Below, piece after piece: positions 19,990 through 27,591 of a stretch of 64,000 nt of DNA. Each line of letters opens with the position of its first letter. The stretch's first letter is position 1. Source of the DNA: an uncultured bacterium (lineage in GTDB: Bacteria > Actinomycetota > Acidimicrobiia > Spongiisociales > UBA5794); contig CAWDDT010000004.1 in assembly GCA_963801165.1 (NCBI GenBank), positions 160,001 to 224,000 of the forward strand, written 5' to 3'. Position numbers and translations under genes: made by a program. Below the pieces are notes generated by a model. It saw nothing but the letters and a program-made list of their open reading frames with translations, ran no database searches and was not told the DNA's origin.

Positions 19990-20377
19990 CTATTGCGAGG
20001 CTTGGCTGTATGAGAACTCGCCGGTGATTCGTTGTCCTTCGACTGTTCGTTCTAGGCAGGTCCCCGTCCAGCCGGCTGGGAGTTCGACCGCGGTGAGGAC
20101 GTCGCATGAGGGTCGCGTACATCCGGTGGGTGTCCTCGGCCCGTAGTCGCACATAGATGATCGCTCCTTCGGAACTCGGGATCGCATACAGCTGATCACC
20201 TACTTCAGCAGCGATCAGTGCTTCCAACTCAGGAGTCGGGATATCGGCGTCGGTGATTTCGGTGGCATTGGCCATCAGTGTGGCGGTCGTCGCCTCGGTT
20301 GGGTCGGTGCCGGTCCCGGTCGCCGTGCAACCCATCAGCGATGCGGCAAAGATGACAGACGCTTTACGAAACCACAC
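19990..20377 (-). pseudogene. Small lipoprotein, apparent frameshift near 20110
   Basis: Signal peptide with LMGC lipobox; protein-like tail SCDVLTAVELPAGWTGTCLER continues in another frame to the stop at 19990. Confidence 0.55.
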
Positions 20378-20453
20378 GGCATCACCTCTTCAGCCAACGA
20401 TACATCAGGTCTCGATTACCCCCATAACAAAAAATACTGTGCGGCGGCGCTAG

Positions 20454-20512
20454 CCACCCCCGAAGCGCTGCCGCGTCGGGATGACCTTCCCAGCACTGAC
20501 CGCCCAGGATTG
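20454..20512 (+). repeat. Internally deleted boundary repeat
   Basis: CCACCCCCGAAGCGCTG-N13-ACCTTCCC matches 20986-21023, followed closely by GACCGCCCAGGA. Confidence 0.65.
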
Positions 20513-20531
20513 CCGAAGATGCGCGTTCTCT

Positions 20532-20945
20532 ATGATCCAGTCTGTGATCGAACCATTTCCCGAGGACCATGAACTCGTCTCGTTTTTCGAGACCCTTCCG
20601 ACATACCCTGAACGATCCACTTCCGACGACTACGAGATCCCTACGGCGTACCTCAAACAGGTTTACTCATCGAGCGCAGGGTCGTCTGCGGTGACCTTTT
20701 CCGTGGAACGAGCATCGGGTCTGGTAGATCTGGACGTCACTTCAGCCGACGGAATGAGCGTGAGGGTCGTTCTCCACTGGGTAGCGGCGATCTCGATCGA
20801 GGAGCACCCGCGCCTAGGAAAGACGCTGGTAGCGAAGCCAAGCCAGCCTGAACTCCGAGATCTCCGGCTGAGGCTCGGTCCGGAGCCCTCCATCAGTTGG
20901 GGAACAGAGATGTATCCGGATCGGCCCGCTGACCCCATCGTGTAG
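20532..20945 (+). CDS. Hypothetical protein
   Basis: 137-aa globular-looking ORF (PEDHELVSFFETLP...); start uncertain. Confidence 0.6.
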   Translation: MIQSVIEPFPEDHELVSFFETLPTYPERSTSDDYEIPTAYLKQVYSSSAGSSAVTFSVERASGLVDLDVTSADGMSVRVVLHWVAAISIEEHPRLGKTLVAKPSQPELRDLRLRLGPEPSISWGTEMYPDRPADPIV

Positions 20946-21035
20946 GTGCCGCGAGGAACGGTGCCTTCGTTGTGGCGCCGCCAAACCACCCCCGAAGCGC
21001 TGTGACACTCCGAGAACCTTCCCGGGCAATATCGC

Positions 21036-21116
21036 CAATTCTGCTGCAGTAACGATCAGTTTCGCCGACCGCCCGGGATCGTCACTGATGCGGGCATGGC
21101 TCGAACACGCACCGTG
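21036..21116 (+). repeat. Cargo boundary repeat, copy 5
   Basis: CAATTCTGCTGCAGTAACGATC..TTCGCCGACCGCCCGGGATCGTCAC..CACGCACCGTG; internal dyad CAGTAACGATC/GATCGTCACTG. Confidence 0.8.
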
Positions 21117-21411
21117 ACAGGGTGCCTGCGCGTTTTCCCTGGATCGAAATCGGGTCACCCGCCTATTCCCGATCTCGTGGGCGGGTTGGGGGTCGACACG
21201 TCGGGGCGGTTGGCGGCATTCTCGAAGGCGGCGGTGTGCTCGGAGCTATGAGTAACCGAAGGGTCGGCATGTGCGGTGAAAGCCGGTGACGCCGGAAGGC
21301 TCGAAAGGACTGGGCGTGACATTCCCTCCTTGTCTTCTCCGGGTTGGCTGTCTTTTGTTCTCCATGGCCGCGCGCGTCGGGTGTTGCCGAGAGAGTGGGG
21401 CACAATAGGTT

Positions 21412-22092
21412 GTGATGGTTGTCAAGAAGGGCAATGTGAGTCTCGATTCCGACTCCTCCGACAAGGGGGAGCGTTTCGGCGGTCGCCTGTTACCCGTCTT
21501 TGTTGTCGTTCTGGCGGTGTTGGCCGCGGTGACCGTTTGGATTGCAGGTGTTGATGCCGGACCGTTCACAGCAGCAGACTCGACTCCATCGACGCCGGCT
21601 ACCCAGGTTTCCACGACTCAGGCTCCCTCGACTGGAACCTCGGTTGGTCCTTCAACATCGACAACGGTTGGCCCGGTCCGGGTGGTCACCGCACCAACAG
21701 GACCGGCTGCGGGATCAAACTCGCCGACGTGCGAGAACGCAGCCGAGCAGGCCGCGGTCGGGTTCTTCGCCGCAATGGCAAACGGGGATGCAGCCGAAGC
21801 CGAAACATTCTTCGCAACCGACGATTTCGACGGATACACAGAGGTTCCGCACAGGACAGACGACGCCGCCCGCGACCGCAACAGCCTCTTGGAGTACTTC
21901 CAGACTCGCGCAGCTACGGGCGCTGAGTTCCATCTGGTGAGTCGAACCTTCTACGGTGGGACAGATGACCGCCAGGCCAACTTCGGCGTTGACGTGCGCA
22001 ACGAGGACGGCGACAGCATCTCAGGCCAAGGCACTGTCAACTGTCAGACAGGCAAGATCATCGCCCTATTCCTCGTCCCGCTCATCGACTAG
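21412..22092 (+). CDS. Membrane-anchored exported protein with Thr/Ser linker and possible NTF2-like domain
   Basis: Single TM, Thr-rich linker, AAVGFFAAMANGD helix, two Cys; start uncertain. Confidence 0.65.
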   Translation: MMVVKKGNVSLDSDSSDKGERFGGRLLPVFVVVLAVLAAVTVWIAGVDAGPFTAADSTPSTPATQVSTTQAPSTGTSVGPSTSTTVGPVRVVTAPTGPAAGSNSPTCENAAEQAAVGFFAAMANGDAAEAETFFATDDFDGYTEVPHRTDDAARDRNSLLEYFQTRAATGAEFHLVSRTFYGGTDDRQANFGVDVRNEDGDSISGQGTVNCQTGKIIALFLVPLID

Positions 22093-22181
22093 CGGCCAAT
22101 CTCAGGCAGGTGCGCGTCGGCATCCAGCGTGGCGACCGGCAGGCATCTAGCCCGACTGACGCATGCCGTACCATCAGAAGC

Positions 22182-22279
22182 TGGCCGCCCCAGATCAGCA
22201 TTATCCGAGCAAGAACGCTCCGTTTCCCGACCGCCCGGGAACGGCACGTCGGGGTGCGGGTCAGTGGCCACTCGCAGTG
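22182..22279 (+). repeat. Cargo boundary repeat, copy 6
   Basis: CAGCATTATCCGAGCAAGAACG..CCGACCGCCCGGGAACGGCAC-21bp-CACTCGCAGTG. Confidence 0.85.
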
Positions 22280-22331
22280 TCTGCTGAATGACGGGCGAGG
22301 CGGTCGAACTCCTCAGGCATGGACGGAACTC

Positions 22332-22360
22332 TTGAGACGTATCACGATACGTGATACGGT
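22332..22360 (+). promoter_or_regulatory. TA promoter with operator palindrome
   Basis: TTGAGA-17bp-TACGGT overlapping the perfect inverted repeat CGTATCACG-ATA-CGTGATACG. Confidence 0.65.
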
Positions 22361-22366
22361 CGTTGT

Positions 22367-22606
22367 ATGGCACAAGCAATCTCAGTCCGCCTTGACGATC
22401 GGGCGCTCCGTGCGCTTGGCCAACTCGAGGCAACCGGCATGACCCGCTCCGAAGCGATCCGTGCCGCTCTCGTCGAGGCAGCGTCTCGACTCCATGACAA
22501 GGCTGCCGTCGCTGCAGAAGTCGCCGCTCTCGAAGCCGACGACGACGATCGCGCCGAGATGCTGGCAGTTGCCGATCTGATGGAGAGCCTTCGTGCAGCG
22601 GGGTGA
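22367..22606 (+). CDS. CopG/RHH antitoxin
   Basis: AISVRLDD...RSEAIRAAL; overlaps the toxin gene. Confidence 0.85.
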   Translation: MAQAISVRLDDRALRALGQLEATGMTRSEAIRAALVEAASRLHDKAAVAAEVAALEADDDDRAEMLAVADLMESLRAAG

Positions 22607-22910
22607 CATCTTCGCCCTGCGACTCCCCAAAGGGGTGGGGCACGAACAGAAGGGACGTCGCTTCGGTGTGGTCGTCCAGTCTGACGCGTTTCTGCCGCGG
22701 TCGGTGGTGCTGGTGGCACCGACATCGACCAGTGCCAAACCCGCTTCGTTCCGACCCGAAATCGAAATCGATGGAACCGCGACTCGGGTGCTTGTAGAGC
22801 AGGTTGGTGCTGTCGATGTGCAGCGCCTCGGTGATCTGGCCGGCCACCTCAGCCCGGAAGAACTATGGGGTGTCGATGCCGCTTTGCTCACCGTCCTCGG
22901 TCTCAACTGA
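22593..22910 (+). CDS. PemK/MazF family toxin
   Basis: RGDIF, GHEQKGRRFGVVVQSD, VAPTST, VLVEQ..AVD. Confidence 0.9.
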   Translation: MQRGDIFALRLPKGVGHEQKGRRFGVVVQSDAFLPRSVVLVAPTSTSAKPASFRPEIEIDGTATRVLVEQVGAVDVQRLGDLAGHLSPEELWGVDAALLTVLGLN

Positions 22911-22925
22911 GCGCACCGATCACAC

Positions 22926-22974
22926 CAATTCACGAGCAACAACGCACACTTCGCCGGGTGATCGGGATCGCGGT
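22926..22974 (+). repeat. Cargo boundary repeat, copy 7 (3'-truncated)
   Basis: CAATTCACGAGCAACAACGCACACTTCGCCGG..GGGATCG just after the toxin stop. Confidence 0.7.
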
Positions 22975-23139
22975 GAGCAGTCTTCCGCATCTCGGGGCGC
23001 GCTGGGGGCGCGGGAGAACGAAAAACGATGCAAACCACTGGGAGATGACCAAAGATGATGAGTAGTCAAAAACCATTGTGCTATAATGGTTTTCGGCAGA
23101 ATCCCCAGCGTGTCGCTGACTTCCGAGAAACGCCCCGAA

Positions 23140-23205
23140 CGGTCTTCAAAACCGTTGAGGGGGCGAAAGTCCCCTGGCGGGTTCGATTCCCGTCCGCCTC
23201 CGCCA
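23140..23205 (+). repeat. att site: duplicated 3' part of tRNA-Sec
   Basis: Identical to 12301-12366, starting in the anticodon stem. Confidence 0.95.
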
Positions 23206-23237
23206 CGAGGAGCCCCGTCGGTTGGCGGGGCTCCTCG
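23206..23237 (+). terminator. Hairpin after the tRNA fragment
   Basis: CGAGGAGCCCCG...CGGGGCTCCTCG 12-bp stem. Confidence 0.65.
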
Positions 23238-23378
23238 CCCCGTCAAATAAGGGTATTCCGGGCGCTGCCGTCGAGTTCGACGACGGCCCCGGAGCCCTTC
23301 GGGGCGCGCTCGGGGCGCGATAGGGCCGCGGAAGAATCAGTCGAGCATCGTTCGGGGCGTGTCGGCAGCGGTGTGGTA
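23238..23378 (-). pseudogene. 3' remnant of a second, related tyrosine integrase
   Basis: Highly similar to about 12370-12508; translates as ..LSRPERAPKGSGAVVELDGSARNTLI*. Confidence 0.8.
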
Positions 23379-23461
23379 CGCCAGCGCCGGCGTCGCACCG
23401 CCGGTATACGCTCCGTGACGACGACCGAAGTTCGCAGCGCACACCAAAGGAAGGACCAAGA

Positions 23462-24118
23462 ATGTCTCAGCTACTCCGAGTGCAGAACTTCTGCGTGTCG
23501 GCCGATGGGTTCGGCGCCGGTGAAGGGCAGAGTCTCGAACAGCCCTTCGGGCACGCCAAGAAGGCCGACCTCCCCGCCGACCTCGCCTCGTGGGCCTTTG
23601 CCACCGCGAGCTGGCCGAACCGGACCGATCCCGGCGGATCCCGGGGGCTGGACGACTACTTCGTACGCGACTTTGCCCGGAACATCGGTGCCGAGATCAT
23701 GGGCCGCAACAAGTTCGGTCCGCAGCGCGGCCCGTGGGAGAACCTCGACTGGCAGGGCTGGTGGGGAGACACCCCGCCCTTCCATACCCCTGTGTTCGTC
23801 CTCACCCACCATCACCGACCCAGCTTCACGCTGGCCGACACCACGTTTCATTTCCTTGATGCGACACCCGCGGAGGCGTTGCAGCGGGCCACCGACGCCG
23901 CTGACGGCAAGGACGTACGGCTCGGGGGCGGTGTCGCCACCGTTCGGCAGTTCTTGGAGGCCGACCTGGTCGACACCATGCACGTCGCCGTCGCGCCGGT
24001 AGAAATCGGTGACGGCGAGCGACTCTGGACCTCCCCCGAAGACCTGCTCGACCGGTTCCACCTCGAGTCCGTGCCGAGCCCCAGCGGCGTGACGCACCTG
24101 TTGTTCTGGCGTCGGTAG
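23462..24118 (+). CDS. Dihydrofolate reductase family (RibD C-terminal domain) protein
   Basis: IMGRNKFGP, WWGDTPPFHTPVFVLTH, DVRLGGG, LVDTMH. Confidence 0.9.
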   Translation: MSQLLRVQNFCVSADGFGAGEGQSLEQPFGHAKKADLPADLASWAFATASWPNRTDPGGSRGLDDYFVRDFARNIGAEIMGRNKFGPQRGPWENLDWQGWWGDTPPFHTPVFVLTHHHRPSFTLADTTFHFLDATPAEALQRATDAADGKDVRLGGGVATVRQFLEADLVDTMHVAVAPVEIGDGERLWTSPEDLLDRFHLESVPSPSGVTHLLFWRR

Positions 24119-24182
24119 CCGACGACCGCCGTACCCACGCGAAAGGATCGGTCCTCCGAGCGTGCCGCCCGCCCGGGGCAGC

Positions 24183-24354
24183 TCAGTCTTCGCTTGCCTC
24201 GATGCGGCCGTCGCGCATCGTCAGCACCCGATCGGCAAGGTCGAGGATGCTGCGGTCGTGGATCGGGTCGACCCGGGTGATGCGGCGCACGCCGGCGAGC
24301 ACTTCGGCCATCCCGGTGAGCACGAGTGTTGCCCATGCAGCCAGCACCGGCCCC
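24183..24354 (-). pseudogene. Chimeric fragment copying the 3' ends of the downstream ABC ATPase and permease
   Basis: 24183-24261 matches 25790-25868 and 24261-24354 matches 26491-26584 with few mismatches. Confidence 0.85.
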
Positions 24355-24387
24355 TGCTGGTGCGAGTTGAGGGCTGCGATCGCCTGG

Positions 24388-24720
24388 TCACCGTGCCGCG
24401 GTGGTTGCTTGGGTTCCGACCGTCGTGGTCGGTCGGTTGCGGTGTCGTCGTTGCCGGAGCTTGTCGCCGGAACGGAACAGGAACGCGATCAGCACGAGAA
24501 TCAGGATCTGCGCCAGCCAGTACTGGCCGAGTCCATGCCCTTGCACCGCGCTGAGCCCGTCGACTCCAAAGAACCCCTTCGTGGCCGGGTGCGCGAGGTA
24601 TGCGGTTTGTATCGCGAGAGAGGCGTACCAGACGAGCGCCACGATGGTGATGGAGAGCGGGCGACGGCCCAACACGTACCCGCACCCGAATCCGACGATC
24701 AACCCGAAGATCAGCGTCAT
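24388..24720 (-). CDS. Small membrane protein
   Basis: Three hydrophobic segments, GGGAGG RBS. Confidence 0.65.
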   Translation of the reverse strand: MTLIFGLIVGFGCGYVLGRRPLSITIVALVWYASLAIQTAYLAHPATKGFFGVDGLSAVQGHGLGQYWLAQILILVLIAFLFRSGDKLRQRRHRNRPTTTVGTQATTAAR

Positions 24721-24740
24721 TTAGAACCTCCCAGTCCATT

Positions 24741-24780
24741 ACTCTGCGCTGCAGAGTCAGTAAACTCTACGTCGCAGAGT
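24741..24780. promoter_or_regulatory. Tandem palindromic operators
   Basis: ACTCTGC-GCT-GCAGAGT and ACTCTAC-GTC-GCAGAGT between divergent genes. Confidence 0.65.
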
Positions 24781-24802
24781 TGCAGACGTCAAGGGAGGCG
24801 CA

Positions 24803-25369
24803 ATGGATCTCGACCCGACCGTCGACCGGCGGTTGTTGACCGAACTTCAGTCAAGGATCGACATCAACCGTCGCCGCGCAGGCGTGCTGACGTTCCCTCT
24901 CGTCGCGCTCGGGTTTGTCAACCTTGCGGCAGCGGTATGGTGCATGATCGCGGGTCGACGGCACATCCTGGTCTTCTACGCGCCGGTTCTACTCATGGTG
25001 ATCGTCGCCAGCCACCACCACGAACGTCGCATGGCCGACCACACCGGAGTGCAACTCCCGCTTCGAGATTGGGCCCTCGCAGCGTGCGCGCTGGCTGTTG
25101 CCAGCGCCTCGGTCTCCCGGGCGGGCGTGGCGCTCGAGCGCCCGCTCCTCGAAACGGCCGGACCGAACCTTGTGTGGGTGCTCGGCTATCACCTCCTCGG
25201 ACGGTGGGGCCGCAACCGGGTGCTGGTTCGCGCAACCGTTGCGATGGTGCCCGCCGCGGCTGCTGCCACACTGATTCTCTCCGGGGACGCGTTGGTGGCC
25301 GGCCAACTGACCATCGATGGCCTGCTCCTCCTCGCCGCGGCCCTGGCGAACACCGTCCCAGTCTTGTGA
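24803..25369 (+). CDS. Membrane protein
   Basis: About six hydrophobic segments, GGGAGG RBS; coupled to the wHTH gene. Confidence 0.7.
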   Translation: MDLDPTVDRRLLTELQSRIDINRRRAGVLTFPLVALGFVNLAAAVWCMIAGRRHILVFYAPVLLMVIVASHHHERRMADHTGVQLPLRDWALAACALAVASASVSRAGVALERPLLETAGPNLVWVLGYHLLGRWGRNRVLVRATVAMVPAAAAATLILSGDALVAGQLTIDGLLLLAAALANTVPVL

Positions 25370-25686
25370 CATCGCACCCGATACACCGGCTCGACGACGC
25401 CGTCCATCAACGCGTCCGGCTCGGCATTCTTGCGGCATGCGTCAACATGGCGAAGGTGGACTTCGCCTACCTGAAGTCGACCCTCGACCTTACCGACGGG
25501 AACCTTGGCCGGCACCTCGAGACCCTCGCACAAGCCGGTCTGATCACGATCGAGCGGGTGACTCAAGGGTCGCGCCAGCGGAGCTGGATCAAGCTCACCC
25601 GCAATGGCCGCCAAGCCCTCTTCCGGGAGATCGACGCCCTCCGCGAACTCCTCGACGGGATCGACCCAGCAACCCGAGACAGCTGA
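25366..25686 (+). CDS. Winged-helix transcriptional regulator (ArsR/MarR-like)
   Basis: LDDAVHQRVRLGIL, DF..LK..L.LTDGNL.RHL..L; GTG overlaps the upstream stop. Confidence 0.85.
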   Translation: MTSHPIHRLDDAVHQRVRLGILAACVNMAKVDFAYLKSTLDLTDGNLGRHLETLAQAGLITIERVTQGSRQRSWIKLTRNGRQALFREIDALRELLDGIDPATRDS

Positions 25687-25789
25687 ACGCGAATCGCGCC
25701 ATGGATCGAGCCCAACCGCCGAGCGCGACATTCCCGGAGCGTTCCGCGCTAGGACCTGCGGCACGTGTCGCTTGCCCGCTCGAGGCAGG

Positions 25790-26470
25790 TCAGTCTTCGC
25801 TTGCCTCGATGCGGCCGTCGCGCATCGTCAGTACCCGATCGGCAAGGTCGAGGATGCTGCGGTCGTGGGTGACCAGCACGGTGCCGATGCCGCGGCGATG
25901 AGTCTCTTCCCGCAGCAGTTCGACGATCTCTCTGGCACGGGCGTGGTCGAGCGCTGATGTGGGCTCGTCGACCAGCAGCAGGGTGGGCTGGTTGATGAGT
26001 GCCCTGGCGATGCCGACCCGCTGACGTTCCCCGCCGGACAGTTGCCCGGGGCGCCGGCCGCTCTTATCTGTCAGTCCGACCTCTGCGAGCAGTTCGTTCG
26101 CCTCGGCAGCGACCGAGGCACCGGTGCGTCCCGCGACCCGGGCGGCGTAGATGAGCTGTTCTCTGGCTGTCAGCGCTTCGAAGAGGTTGGAGGATTGGAA
26201 CACGAACCCGATGTGGTCACGCCTGATTTGGGCTTGTTGCGGGCGGGCGGCATTAGTGATGTCGTTGCCGGCGATGGAGACGGTGCCGGAGGCCGGGGAG
26301 CGGAGCGCCCCGGCGACCGCCAGCAGGCTGGACTTGCCTGCGCCGGAGACGCCAACGACTGCGACCATCTCGCCCGGCTCGATGGTGAGCGTGACGTGGT
26401 CGAGGGCGACCACCTCTTCGTCGCCGTCTCCGAACGACAGGTACAGGTTGTCTAGTTGGAGCGAGCTCAT
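25790..26470 (-). CDS. ABC transporter ATP-binding protein (LolD/HrtA-like)
   Basis: GVSGAGKS, IGFVFQ, LSGGERQR, LVDEPT. Confidence 0.92.
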   Translation of the reverse strand: MSSLQLDNLYLSFGDGDEEVVALDHVTLTIEPGEMVAVVGVSGAGKSSLLAVAGALRSPASGTVSIAGNDITNAARPQQAQIRRDHIGFVFQSSNLFEALTAREQLIYAARVAGRTGASVAAEANELLAEVGLTDKSGRRPGQLSGGERQRVGIARALINQPTLLLVDEPTSALDHARAREIVELLREETHRRGIGTVLVTHDRSILDLADRVLTMRDGRIEASED

Positions 26471-27564
26471 TCGGCACCTCCCAGGGCGATGATCGGGTCG
26501 ACCCGGGTGATGCGGCGCACGCCGACGAGCACTCCGGCCATCCCGGTGAGCACGAGTGTTGCCGATGCGGCCAGCACCGGCCCCGGCTGCAGCGAGAAGG
26601 GCACGTCGCCGCCTGCGACGACGAGGCCGAGGGCGTAGCCGATGAGGGCGCCCGCCGTGGTGGCAGCGATGAGGATTATGAGGACCTGGCCCAGCGAGCC
26701 GATGAGCACGGACCGGGTGGATGCGCCGAGAGCCTTCTGGAGGCCTATCTCCTGGCGGCGCTGAATAGTCCATACCGTGAAGAACGCCCCGAGGATCATG
26801 GCGGCGATGACGTAGAGGAAGCCCCGGATCAGTGCCATCGTCGATGTCTCGGCCGCATAGCCGGGGGAGCCGCTGTAGGCCTCGCTCTTGGTGACGACGT
26901 CGACGTTGGACCGGGTCGCCGGCGCGGCAAGGTCGGTTCCACCGGGTGCGTTGATCGCCACGGCCGAGGCGAGGTCGGAGGAACTCGGGGAGGAACCGTA
27001 TGTGGCCTGGCGCCAGAGGTCGATAGGTGCGTATACGACGGCGACGTGACCGTAGGTGGCTTCGGAGGCTACCGCGACCACGGTCATGTCGAGGCCGGAG
27101 CGGTCAAGGACGATGTGGTCACCGACGCCGACTCCGGAGTCGGCAAGCCCCTGGCTGATCACGACGCCGCCGGATCCAGAGGTCAATTGGTCACCGTTGG
27201 TGATCGAGGTTGCGAGGAGGCCTCCGGGTTCGATTCCGAACAGGGTCATCTCGGTCGGCGTCCCGCCTGCCAACTTGGCGTTGAAGATCCCAACGCCAAG
27301 CGGTTCCGCCTGGACTCCAGCGACGCCGGCGAATGCGGAGACGGTATCCGAATCGACGGTGGAGCGGGTGAAAGTGCTGTGGCTGTTTGGGGAGAAGGCA
27401 AGGTTGGTGACGGGGAGGGCTCGCAACCCGGATATCCCATCGTCGACGAGGCCGCTGGCCAGGCCGGACAGCATGACGGTCAGGATTGCGACCAGGCCGA
27501 TGACGGACCCGACGAGGGCGAATCGGCCCCAGGCGTATCTGAGTTCTCGTAGTGCAAGGTACAT
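26467..27564 (-). CDS. FtsX-type ABC permease (HrtB-like)
   Basis: MYLALRELR..RF, FFTVWTIQR..EIG..KALGAS, RVDP..ALG. Confidence 0.88.
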   Translation of the reverse strand: MYLALRELRYAWGRFALVGSVIGLVAILTVMLSGLASGLVDDGISGLRALPVTNLAFSPNSHSTFTRSTVDSDTVSAFAGVAGVQAEPLGVGIFNAKLAGGTPTEMTLFGIEPGGLLATSITNGDQLTSGSGGVVISQGLADSGVGVGDHIVLDRSGLDMTVVAVASEATYGHVAVVYAPIDLWRQATYGSSPSSSDLASAVAINAPGGTDLAAPATRSNVDVVTKSEAYSGSPGYAAETSTMALIRGFLYVIAAMILGAFFTVWTIQRRQEIGLQKALGASTRSVLIGSLGQVLIILIAATTAGALIGYALGLVVAGGDVPFSLQPGPVLAASATLVLTGMAGVLVGVRRITRVDPIIALGGAE

Positions 27565-27591
27565 GTGGCTTCTCTTGTTGGCAGAAACGCC

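Larger units (their letters stand above)
12301..23205. mobile_element. Integrative mobilizable element inserted in tRNA-Sec
   Basis: Identical 66-bp direct repeats 12301-12366 and 23140-23205; tyrosine integrase next to the tRNA; MobF relaxase; TA cargo. Confidence 0.9.

Noticed and set aside
17490-22974. Boundary repeats as classical integron attC sites
   Set aside because: No paired RYYYAAC/GTTRRRY boxes or consistent long hairpin, and the integrase looks like a phage/ICE type with an arm-binding N terminus rather than IntI.
23140-23205. Second tRNA-Sec gene
   Set aside because: It lacks the 5' acceptor strand and D arm; it is the att duplication.
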